From the NCBI RefSeq assembly GCF_004010195.1, contig NC_057749.1, positions 14,117,078-14,150,366 of the forward strand: a stretch of 33,289 bases of DNA, given 5' to 3'. This document shows positions 1 through 10,143 of this stretch, one piece after another. The position numbers and the translations under genes were made by a program. Below the pieces are notes generated by a model, which was given only the letters and a program-made list of their open reading frames with translations, was not told where the DNA came from and did no database searches. This DNA comes from Chiloscyllium plagiosum (taxonomy: Eukaryota). Position 1 is the stretch's first letter, and each line of letters begins with the position of its first letter.

Positions 1-399
1 TGCTTAAAAATTCAGGTAGTGGTTAGGATTGTAAATAATGGCAGCCTCAAAATCTATGATAAAGGTTAAGGTGATGGGGGTGTGGGGGGCTAATATTTGA
101 TTAAACACTGTGGAAAGAGAGAATTTTTGCCACAATCCTTAAATACCTGCAAGATTGGACAACTGAATATTTATCTTGTTTTAGGCTTAAACAGCATCAG
201 CTATACTAAACACTATTCATTGTTAAGAACTATGGTTGATAAATAATAGAGAGTCATTTGTGGCATGACAGTTCCTGGAAATTCAGTTAGACCATGCCAA
301 CGCCTTGTATGTAAATATCAGGAATACCAGAGCTAAGTAGAACACTCTCCCTGTTGTCTGGTCGAGACAGGCACTAGCTGGAGATAAAATTAAAGACTA

Positions 400-470
400 T
401 ACTTATGTAATACCCTTTACCATCTTGGAATATTCCAAAGTGCTTTACAGCCAATGAAATACTTTACACA
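400..470 (-). mobile_element. Degraded L2-type 3' tail remnant
   Basis: ccaaagtgctttacagccaatgaaatacttt resembles the reverse of an L2/SINE tail; short and diverged. Confidence 0.35.
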
Positions 471-1254
471 TTTATATTTGGTTACAAGATGTGAAAATCA
501 AATGGCTTCAAACTACTTTGTAGTTCCAAGCTCCTCTTGCAGGTTTAAAATTTACTTGTAATTAGTTTAGAGATTTACCATTTTTGTTTTGACTGTTTTC
601 TCAATATCTTTGGCTGAACATCTATAAATGCGCCTTGAGACTACCCCAAAGCTCTTTACTAAACAGAGTACAGTATGAAGCAAAAATTATTTGTAGCACA
701 GGACGCATGACAGCTAAATGTGTCTCCACTCAAGGCAAAAAGGGCATTAAGTGACTAGTTGGATCCTTTGATGGCTAGGCATTCTAGATAACTCCCCTGT
801 TCTTTGAATCATGCCACAGGACAGTTTTATTGGTTTTTGTCGCATCCAAAAAGGCACTTTGCAAAGAGTGGAATTCCCCAGGTTGTATCAGCTTAGATTT
901 CGTACCCATGTTTCTGGGTTGAACTTCAGACTGTGCACTACCAATAGGTTTAATATTCTAGATAGTTCACAGTCCCTGGTTAACTACCTTCTGCATGAAC
1001 CCGATGCATGCTATATTGTCTACCATGAATGCAGTGCTCTTTTCACTGCAAATATAGGTAACAGGCACAAAATGGGTTTGTAAGAAGATAGGGGTGTTGT
1101 TGTAATGTCACTGGATTACTAATCCAGAGGCCCAGGCTAATGGTCTGGAACTACTACTTCTAGTCCTACTATAGCAACTGGTTCATTTGATTAAAACGGG
1201 AATTGAAAACTAGCAATTGTTGTGGCTCTGTTCGCCGAACTGGAAGTTTTTGTT

Positions 1255-1294
1255 GCAAACGTTTCGTCCCCTGTCTAGGTGACATCCTCAGTGC
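1255..1294 (-). ncRNA. Minimal hammerhead ribozyme motif, mirror copy
   Basis: Exact reverse complement of 1450-1489. Confidence 0.65.
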
Positions 1295-1449
1295 TTGGGA
1301 GCCTCCTGTGAAGCGCTTCTGTGGTGTTTCCTCCGGCATTTATAGTGGCCTGTCCCTGCCGCTTCCAGTTGACAACCGGAAGCGGCAGGGACAGGCCACT
1401 ATAAATGCCGGAGGAAACACCACAGAAGCGCTTCACAGGAGGCTCCCAA

Positions 1450-1489
1450 GCACTGAGGATGTCACCTAGACAGGGGACGAAACGTTTGC
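1450..1489 (+). ncRNA. Minimal hammerhead ribozyme motif (PLE type)
   Basis: gca-CUGAGGA-U-[GUCaCCU agac AGGgGAC]-GAAA-CGUU-ugc: core boxes, stem II, palindromic ACGU in place of stem III, and a 3-bp stem I gca/ugc. Confidence 0.65.
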
Positions 1490-2099
1490 AACAAAAACTT
1501 CCAGCTCGGCGAACAGAACCACAGCAACGAGCCCCCGAGCTACAAATCTTCTCACAAACTTTGAACTAGCAATTGTAACTACAAAACCCATCATTGATTA
1601 TCCAAAAAAAAAAAAAATCAGATTCACTAATGGAAGGAATTTGTCAATCTTACCTGGCCCTTCCATGTGACTGCACACACAGCAATGTGGTTGACTCAAC
1701 TGCTGTCTGAAATGGCCTGTCAAAATAATTCAGTTCTAGCACAATTAGGGATTGGTGACAGCTATCCCTTCAAAAGAATTTTCAAGTTGTCCAAGTTATA
1801 ATCACCCCCACAAGTTTTCTCTTTTAGTTTCAGAAAGGATTGATTCTTGCATATCATACAAATAACACTAACAAATGATGAGATAGTTTTATAGTGATAT
1901 TTGTTGAAGATGATCACATTCAAGTGATTGTGAACAATTTAATTGTTATACTTCCCATTCACAAGGGGTCGAAGAACTGTACTAAAATATCCCAAGATCA
2001 GCAGACATTAGAAAACATGAAACAAATAGGTGCATGTGAACTACCTAGCTTGGTGCAGAACAATTTTATAAGTACTGTGTTTGTTCACCTAAATCACAC

Positions 2100-2149
2100 T
2101 TAAACCAACAAAGAATACAACAACAACTTTGGTTTCAACAATCTTTATT
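2100..2149 (-). terminator. Polyadenylation signal with GU-rich downstream element
   Basis: AATAAA at 2149-2144 on the minus strand, followed about 20 nt later by gttgttgttgtattctttgttggttt. Confidence 0.8.
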
Positions 2150-2691
2150 TTCATTAATTCAGTTCACATACCCGATCCTTGCTAAAAGGCTGCATTATTT
2201 CAAGGGACAACATAAAACTTCTCATTATAACTCACTACACAGACAAACTGGAAAAAATACTATACAATGTAAAATATTTTGATAGTACACAGTAAAACTA
2301 AAACAAAATTCAGTTGATAGGTTAAGGACAAGAAAGTTAATGCATAAATCTTGGAAGATCAGTTTCAAAATGATCAGTTTGCAATTAGAGTTTCCTTGAT
2401 TGCTACAGTTTTAGTAGTCATTTTTGTACAGTTTAATCTCTACTAGTTATACAGGGTCTCTCAGTGCACCCATTGAGTGTGCACTTTTGTGCGAATTAAA
2501 CCCAGCAGCTTGGACTGTGAAATGTGCTTTAGATTTACTTGATATATACAAAAGAACCACTTCAATGCCAGAAACCCAGTCTGAGCTTTCCAATGATGGA
2601 AACGGCAGGCTGATCGAGGGGATGGTTGGGGGAGGGGGGGCGGGGGGGAGGAAAGGGGGAGAAGGGGAGAACAGAACACCCAGGCAACAGC
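2128..2691 (-). other. TSPAN3: TSPAN3 3' UTR (3' end approximate)
   Basis: Repeat-free sequence between the stop codon and the AATAAA/GU-rich signal. Confidence 0.75.
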
Positions 2692-2784
<93 letters not shown>

Positions 2785-3914
2785 CTAGGAAGAAAACAGT
2801 AATTACTGGTGCGAGACATAAAAGCAAGAGAACTTTCTGCTAAGGTTCATTCAAACACAAACTTTATAATCAGTTCATTTTGCTTTCCATTACAGTGGCC
2901 TCCTGCTTATATGCGCGTACAATACCCTCCCACAAAAGAATAGTGTATAAAACTGCAAGGACAGTTACACAGCTCAATTCCACTATCTAACCAAATAAGA
3001 CCGTAAGGAACAGGCAAGGACAGACATTTGGCCCAACTTAATTCAACCAAAGTCCGCCATTGAAGCATCTAATCAGCTCTAGAATAAAATCAAAAAAACA
3101 TGTGTGTCTACTTTTATGCCCATTTCTAGATGTGACCATGATCAGACAAGTGTAAAATTTTCCAATCCATCCTAAATTTGTCTTTTAGAACATTGTAGTG
3201 ATTTGGTTTTCCCAAAGAAATGCTATGTATAGGCCAGAATGTTTCTTGTGCCTAAGAGCACCGTTTGAGGGACTGGGTTGACATTATCTAAAAGGTGCAA
3301 TAATCTATTACCTATCCAACATGGGGATGTTAGAAAATGGAAAAGACCAATTTTGTTTCAAATACAGATGACAGCATTGCAGAGGAAAGTCACATTTTTG
3401 AGCAACATGAAAAATTTGCATTTTCCTTGAACTTCTGTAACACTGCACACAGGCTGGAGAGCTCATTATCAATAAACATAATGCAATAGGACAGGGCTTC
3501 CAAGAGTTAAATAAATTATAAACATCACACAGGGGAGTGTTCACCAGCAGGATATAATAAACAATGCTGGCTAGAGTACACAACCGGGTCCATTATGCAC
3601 TGAACTGAACGATGCCCAATAAAATAGTATCATTTGTACGTTCTTTACTTTCACTCCCATCTGGTAAAAGGGAGAAAGTTATGGAAAGGCTATTCAACTT
3701 AATCTCCTGTTTTTATGATCACAAAATTTGCAATGCCAGGCTTTTCTCAACTATACAGACCCCATCCACATTCAGGTACCACCTGTTCCTGTGTGCCATT
3801 AAAAATCTTACCAGGTTGATTAAAATATCTACACAATTAAGAATATTGGTGCCACCAAATATAATGTAATACAAGGTTAGCTTGAAAAGGTTTGCTTCAA
3901 AAATCTATGGTACA

Positions 3915-4080
3915 GATTTTTATAGCACCTTTACTATAGGAAAACTGTCAAAGATGCATCACAAGGACATTAACAGAACTTGACATCATGCACAGGAGAT
4001 GGCAAGTTCATTTAAAGAAAGTCTTAAAAGGAGGTGAGAGTACCAAGATGGTAAGCTTCAGAGGGTTAAACGCCATAGCT
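3915..4080 (-). mobile_element. Degraded L2-like LINE 3' end
   Basis: tttatagcacctttactataggaaaa... is similar to the copy at about 15985-16260. Confidence 0.4.
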
Positions 4081-4379
4081 TAGAGTTTAGACTGCTAAAT
4101 GAGATTTTACTAAAATCAAATCGCAATCATGTTTTGTCTTTGCCTTCAAATTTTGTCTTTGGGCAGGGGACAGTGTAAGTAAAAAGAAAAAGGAGAGATT
4201 GCAAGTGAGGAGAACAAACAGCATAAAAATTAGTAGTGAGGGGGTGGATGTCCAGCATCTATGACCTGCACCCATAAATTAGCAACATCAACATGTTGCA
4301 GAGAAGATCAAGGTGGTTTCATTAAGAAAAGACATTCAACAGATGGAGTTTGTGTCATGGTTGAACTTATTCATGTAAA

Positions 4380-4563
4380 AAGGAGAAAGTGAGGACTGCA
4401 GATGCTGGAGACCAGAGTTGAAGTGTGGTGCTGGAAAAACACAGCAGGCCAGGCAGCATCCAAGAAGCAACGTTTCTGAAGAAGGGCTTATGCTTAAAAC
4501 GTTGATTCTCCTGCCCCTCGGATGCTGCCTAGCCTGCTGTGCTTTTCCAGCATCACACTTTTC
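4380..4563. mobile_element. Short fold-back Penelope-like element with 16-bp target-site duplication
   Basis: Direct repeat aacttattcatgtaaa at 4364-4379 and 4564-4579. The left arm (gttgaagtgtggtgctggaaaaacacagcaggccaggcagcatcc) is inverted relative to the right arm (ggatgctgcctagcctgctgtgcttttccagcatcacacttttcaac). Same terminal sequence as the PLE at 6343-6586; decayed hammerhead starting at 4476. Confidence 0.85.
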
Positions 4564-5660
4564 AACTTATTCATGTAAAGCCAACATGTAGCAGTCATCC
4601 AGATTTGCAGGGGTAGCCTGGAACTGAAAGACCTTTGATCACAGTATTTACACCCTCTCTCCACATTTCAAACAGCAACCACGATATCCACCTCCAAATC
4701 ATCAGTATGCTCAAGGGTCAGTGCAGTTCAGAATGAGGGATATTTCAACTGAGCTTTGAGCGGATGCCATAATACCACAGCTCAATTTGTACCAGTATGA
4801 AATAATGTCCTAAAAAGGTACACAACAATTTGGCTTAGAACGCTCAAGTCTGAGCCCCCAAACTCTGGATTCTGAATTGTTTGAAATCTTTCTAACTTAT
4901 TAGGAGGACACGAAACCTCTGCATTCAATTACAGGATTCACTGAGTACATACATAAATATTCCAGGATTTTACACCACTAAGACCACTCAAGAGTATATA
5001 AACATTCTTTCATGTCTGCACTACAATCAAACTAAGGGTTAGCCAAATGAAGACTATTAAATGAAATGAATTAGATGTTTCAGAAATCTTCATTTCCTGA
5101 AAATGCCACGTTAACCTAATTGTGGAATCGTGCATCAAACACATTACCACATCAAGTTAGCATCCTTATGGAGTAGCAGCTTCTGACAGCCAGAACACAA
5201 TCCATGCAAAACTGAAACTGTACTCAAATACTGGGGGTGGATAAAGACTAATAAAACAGGTAGCTTCCCTTCCTCCAAACGAAAGGAGTACCCGCATGGG
5301 CCCCAGCTATGCCTGCCTCTTCGTAGGATATGTGGAACAATCCATCTTCCGCAACTAAACTGGCCCCACCCCCTACCTTTTCCTCCGCTACATCGATGAC
5401 TGTATCGGCGCCGCCTCGTGCTCCCACGAGGAGGTTGAACAGTTCATCCACTTCACCAACACCTTCCACCCCGACCTCAAATTCACCTGGACAGTCCCAG
5501 ATTCCTCCCTCCCCTTCCTCGACCTATCTATTTCTACCTCAGGCGACCGAATCAACACGGACATCTACTACAAACCAACCGACTCCCACAGCTACCTGGA
5601 CTACACCACCTCCCATCCTGCCCCCTGTAAAAACGCCAACCCATTCTCCCAATTCCTTCG

Positions 5661-6342
5661 NNNNNNNNNNNNNNNNNNNNNNNNNNNNNNNNNNNNNNNN
5701 NNNNNNNNNNNNNNNNNNNNNNNNNNNNNNNNNNNNNNNNNNNNNNNNNNNNNNNNNNNNNNNNNNNNNNNNNNNNNNNNNNNNNNNNNNNNNNNNNNNN
5801 NNNNNNNNNNNNNNNNNNNNNNNNNNNNNNNNNNNNNNNNNNNNNNNNNNNNNNNNNNNNNNNNNNNNNNNNNNNNNNNNNNNNNNNNNNNNNNNNNNNN
5901 NNNNNNNNNNNNNNNNNNNNNNNNNNNNNNNNNNNNNNNNNNNNNNNNNNNNNNNNNNNNNNNNNNNNNNNNNNNNNNNNNNNNNNNNNNNNNNNNNNNN
6001 NNNNNNNNNNNNNNNNNNNNNNNNNNNNNNNNNNNNNNNNNNNNNNNNNNNNNNNNNNNNNNNNNNNNNNNNNNNNNNNNNNNNNNNNNNNNNNNNNNNN
6101 NNNNNNNNNNNNNNNNNNNNNNNNNNNNNNNNNNNNNNNNNNNNNNNNNNNNNNNNNNNNNNNNNNNNNNNNNNNNNNNNNNNNNNNNNNNNNNNNNNNN
6201 NNNNNNNNNNNNNNNNNNNNNNNNNNNNNNNNNNNNNNNNNNNNNNNNNNNNNNNNNNNNNNNNNNNNNNNNNNNNNNNNNNNNNNNNNNNNNNNNNNNN
6301 NNNNNNNNNNNNNNNNNNNNNNNNNNNNNNNNNNNNNNNNNN
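5661..6342. other. Assembly gap (682 N)
   Basis: Run of N. Confidence 1.
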
Positions 6343-6469
6343 ACCTCTCCGCCCCCACCCCAGTCTGACCTATCACCTTCACCTCTTTCCACCTATCACA
6401 TTTCCGACGCCCCTCCCCCAAGTCCCTCCTCCCTACCTTTTATCTTAGCCTGCTGGACAAACTTTCTTC

Positions 6470-6505
6470 ATTCCTGAAGAAGGGCTTATGCCCGAAACGT
6501 CGATT
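6470..6505 (+). ncRNA. Minimal hammerhead ribozyme motif in PLE terminal repeat
   Basis: CUGAAGA (6474-6480)-A-GGGC uuau GCCC-GAAA (6494-6497)-C-GUC; palindromic ACGU; weak stem I. Confidence 0.7.
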
Positions 6506-7139
6506 CTCCTGTTCCCTGGATGCTGCCTGACCTGCTGCACTTTTCCAGCTCTGATTTCCAGCATCTGCAGACCTCACTTTCTCCTCAAAGCTTCAGATAG
6601 CAGTCAACCTGATTTCGCTTTACTCAGGCAGCTGACAAAAGTACACAAGAACCTTCCAATCTTGCCTTGTAATCACTAACCAACCACGATTTTACATTTT
6701 ATTAATGTAAAAGCAAATTCCATCAAAATGGCAGTCATAGCTCATCTCGTCAGTAATTCAAAGAAAAAAATTACACATGAAAGGATTTAAAAAGTTACAG
6801 CTTGAAAACCATTTATAAAATATCATTTGGCGTACGAATAGGCCTTTACAACATGGGCTGGGTCCGGTTTATTTTCCAAAAGTCAGTTTTTTGACTAACA
6901 ACTTAATGACTGCAATTTCAACTTGTGTGTGTGGGGCAAGAGAGTGAATTAGTGAAGCATATCTTTCCTATTATAGGAAACCACACAAATAATAACCACA
7001 AAATGGAACTGTAGGTTAAGACAAGTCTAACCAACAAGGATATCTGTTGCTCCATTTTATAATGTTTTCACAATCTGGTTTAACTACTCATTCTCAATGC
7101 ATTTGCCACAACCTGTCAAAAAATAAGTTTTGCAAAACA

Positions 7140-7353
7140 GACTGGTTAATCTGTGGAACTCATTGCCACAAAGTGCTGTGGAGGCCAAGTCACTGAATGT
7201 ATTTAAAACAGATAGGTTCCTGATTGGTAAGTGGATCAAGAGTTACAGGGAAAAGGCTGGAGAATGGGCTTGAGAAACACATTAGCCACGATCGAATGAC
7301 AGAGCATACTCAATGGACCAAATAGCCTACTTCTGATCTTACATCTTATGGTC
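7140..7353 (+). mobile_element. CR1 LINE 3' end (older subfamily)
   Basis: gttaatctgtggaactcattgcca encodes VNLWNSLP, the CR1 ORF2 C-terminal motif, and is followed by a CR1-type 3' UTR ending tcttatggtc. Confidence 0.75.
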
Positions 7354-8276
7354 ACAGAGGTTCTGCACACAGATTGGAATGGCGATGCACTAACTTCCAG
7401 TTTTGGAGAACTTGGAGGTCCACGCATCAAAAATGAAATATAGAGAAAGTACTAGCATTACTGCCCCATCTCTCATTGACCTCAAGGTTATGATATGTGA
7501 ACTTCTTGAATTGTTGCTGTCCGTGTGGTGTTGGCACACAAAGGAAGTCAAAATTAGTCAGTAAAAAGCAAACTTGGGAGACGAAACCTGAAGGAGACAA
7601 TTCAGATAATAATTTGTCAAGTATAGGCATGAAAATATCTGGAGAAAAGGACAAATACAAAGAGAGAAGGCATAGCTAATCAAATGGCAATATGGGATAA
7701 ATAACAACTTATTTCCCATTGTTGGTGCTGGATAAGATGTATTTTAAAACTTCAAGGCTTTTCATATCAGCTTCCATTGAAATACTTCTAAGGTCAGAGC
7801 ATTTGCCATACAGGCTTTGAGATTTTATTGTAAAGTTTTATCTCCATTCCACATTAAATGAGCAAACGATTGGATTCAGTTCACAAAGTACCACTCATAA
7901 ATAGCACTTAAATAAAACTCCTTTCAACATTTGGACACAAATTAGAAAACCATTCTATTAATTCTGCCAGCTGACAATCTCATAAATAGCTCCTCAAACC
8001 ACCATCTATTTTTGTAAATAGGTCCAGCACTTTGCAGCCTAACATTAACTGCACTAGTTCAATACATATATTACAAGTGAGTTCCAAGCAAAGCAGATTA
8101 GGTAAACCAACTGTAGTGTTACCTAGAGCAGTGAGAGATTCATTCTTAAGTGTATAATTTTATGCTGCATCACAAGTCATCTTCTCCTGTCTTGATCGGG
8201 AACAAAGTCACTACACAAACTATGAAGCTAGGCCAGATCTAAAGTTGGAAGACCGTGTGTAAATTCATGGCTGTCT

Positions 8277-8332
8277 ATTCTCCTGCTCCTCGGGTGCTGC
8301 CTGACCTGCTGTGCTTTGAGCACCACACAACT
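8277..8332 (+). mobile_element. PLE terminal-repeat fragment
   Basis: attctcctgctcctcgggtgctgcctgacctgctgtgcttt matches 6503-6545. Confidence 0.75.
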
Positions 8333-8339
8333 CTACCAA

Positions 8340-8585
8340 CCTGCATCCCCATTTTAAGTGATTAAAGACTTAACAGCAATCTAGGTTTGTTCAATACATT
8401 GCATCATGAATGATGCTTTGATCTTTTACTATAAATTCTGCGTCCTATGATCTTGCCCCACTAGCTACCTGACAAAGGAGCAATGCGCCGAAAGCTTGTA
8501 CTTCCAAATAAACCTGTTGGACTACAACCTGGTGTTGAGATTTTTGACTTTGTCCACTACAGTCCAACACTGGCACCGCCACATT
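8340..8585 (+). mobile_element. Terminal repeat of a second PLE family with decayed hammerhead
   Basis: TATAAAT at 8430-8436, ctgacaa-aggagcaatgcgcc-gaaa-gctt at 8469-8497, AATAAA at 8507-8512. Confidence 0.6.
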
Positions 8586-8894
8586 ATGTCTCCCAACCCA
8601 ACAGGGTCACATTGCACATGCCAGAAGCTCTGTGCATGCACACTGAGAAACACTTGACTGATTTTAAAAAGGCAGCGTCCAGATGAGCACAAATAAATAT
8701 GAGCAAACAGGATGGAATGACTTCACTGGCAGGGGTACTGCACAATCTACTGAGGTTTTCAGGGTGTCAGCATTCTCTCAAGGAACCAATGTTACACAAA
8801 ACTACTATATTTGATGCTCACATGATAGTTGCACGTATAACCTCCACATACAGAGTGCAATGAAGATAAAAAATGTTTGACATAATCAATCAAG

Positions 8895-9060
8895 TCTGGC
8901 TGATTCCATAGAGGGAAAGCAGTAATGCTCCAGGTTGATAATCCTGAATCAGAATCTGATAAGTTAGATCTGCTTCCCTCTATAGATGCTGCATTACTTA
9001 AGTATTTCCAGAATTGTTGTTTATATTTCACATTGCCAGCACCACAGTATTTTAATTTTG
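8895..9060. mobile_element. Highly degraded fold-back PLE-type remnant
   Basis: atagagggaaagcag and ctgcttccctctat are inverted; the tail gatgctgc...agtatttccag...ccagcacc resembles the other PLE tails. Confidence 0.45.
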
Positions 9061-10099
9061 TATGTGCACACTGCAAGTTGTGCAGTATTCACTATTGGAA
9101 CTGAAATGCATGCAAATCAGATCAACCACCATGCTGCAATAAACATGGGAAGTCCGTTTATCACAGGTCTTGTCATTCAGTTTCAGGGAAACTGCCAGAG
9201 TTCCAACAAAAACAAAATCATGCTTTGTGAGCAACGTAACATAAATAGAGCCACCTAATTAGATAGACCAAACAACCTACCTTAAGATCCCATGAACCCA
9301 TTCAAGGAGCAAATAAATCAACATTCCTGCTTCAACTCATGCTATAATATATTACCTAATCATTGTATCCTGGAATTTGCTACATGTAAATCAATGACAG
9401 AGGCCTGAAATTTGAAAGTTATTGTTTCTGAGGTGCATTAAGATCCCTTTTGGACATGGCAAGGCACAATTGATGCAGTTTTTTTTCCTCATCAGCATTT
9501 GGGAAAAAATCTGTAAATCAAAAGGAGATTCCTCTATGAGAGAGGAAAACAAAAGCATTAGAAATTGGTGGGGGGAGGGTGATGAAAAACTACAAAGCCA
9601 CCAGAGAGAGAATTTCCAATTGTTCCATGCAGAGTTATTCATTTGCCCAAGGGTGAGTCACACAAATCAAACTGGTAAATAACGGAGTAGACTACAATGC
9701 TAAAGGGATACTCTTTATGCCGTCTCATGACAACCTTTCCCACACCCTGAATCAAATTGCAAAGTAGAAACTACTGCAGGCCAGCTGCCCATCAGCAAAG
9801 CAGTCACTGGAACAAAAGATCCACTTTTGAAGGCCATTGCATAAATGACAACTTTACTGCCACATTTTTGACCAAGCTTGGGGTCAACAAGTTTTGCAAA
9901 AACTACAGAAATAAATTAAGATCAACTGTTACAGATCCAGAAAAAAAAGCAAAGATGTGAAGTGAAAAGGACAACTTTTAAAACTAGTGCTTTAGGTTGG
10001 ATTTCTGAATGCCAACATCTAACAATTAGCTCGTTTCTTGTGGGACTGGAATAAAGGGAGCTGCATGAATAAACAGAAAATAGACCACTCAGCTCCCCC

Positions 10100-10143
10100 T
10101 AGGAGAAAGCGAGTACTGTTATGCTTTTCCAGTGCCACTCTTG
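10100..10143. mobile_element. 44-bp micro-insertion of PLE terminal sequence with 14-bp target-site duplication
   Basis: cactcagctccccc at 10086-10099 and 10144-10157. The insert is aggagaaagcgagtactg (reversed PLE 3' end) joined to tgcttttccagtgccactctt (forward PLE repeat). Confidence 0.75.

Larger units (their letters stand above)
1221..1563. mobile_element. Fold-back (palindromic) non-coding Penelope-like element with 13-bp target-site duplication
   Basis: Arms 1221-1371 and 1373-1523 are reverse complements with 3 mismatches, plus an unpaired tail at 1524-1563. The direct repeat aactagcaattgt lies at 1208-1220 and 1564-1576. A hammerhead motif in each arm is typical of PLE terminal repeats. 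Confidence 0.85.
1090..1750 (+). mobile_element. Old tRNA-derived SINE, interrupted by the fold-back element at 1221-1563
   Basis: The head gtaatgtcactggattactaatccagaggcccaggctaat and the body cagcaatgtggttgactc...tgaaatggcc resemble a shark SINE family. The sequence resumes after the duplicated aactagcaattgt. Confidence 0.6.
5268..6586 (+). mobile_element. Penelope-like retroelement, 5'-truncated, with disrupted reverse transcriptase and 3' terminal repeat
   Basis: A frame not shown in the ORF track reads TRMGPSYACLFVGYVEQSIFRN*TGPTPYLFLRYIDDCIG...FLDL...YYKPTDSHSYLDYTTSHP (YIDD at 5389-5400). There is an in-frame TAA and a small deletion in the GVAMG motif. After the gap come the pyrimidine-rich region, the hammerhead and the ...gcatctgcagacctcactttctcct end. 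Confidence 0.9.

Noticed and set aside
1..1090. Exons of a neighbouring gene, including ORF 811-1083
   Set aside because: No recognisable protein similarity or convincing splice-site pair.
1203..1469. 88-aa ORF across the palindrome
   Set aside because: A by-product of the GC-rich inverted repeat; no protein features.
1221..1563. Interpretation as a DNA-transposon MITE or a pre-miRNA
   Set aside because: The one-sided 40-bp tail, 13-bp duplication and hammerhead motif point to a PLE origin; the stem is far longer than a pre-miRNA.
2870..2952. Protein-like reading LYTILLWEGIVRAYKQEATVMESKMN* after the cryptic acceptor
   Set aside because: It needs a phase-1 donor, but the upstream TSPAN3 exons end in phase 0; no recognisable homology.
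5330..6448. Long ORFs 5330-6448, 5552-6421 and 5601-6392
   Set aside because: Artefacts of translating through the N gap; the real coding remnant is the PLE RT in another frame.
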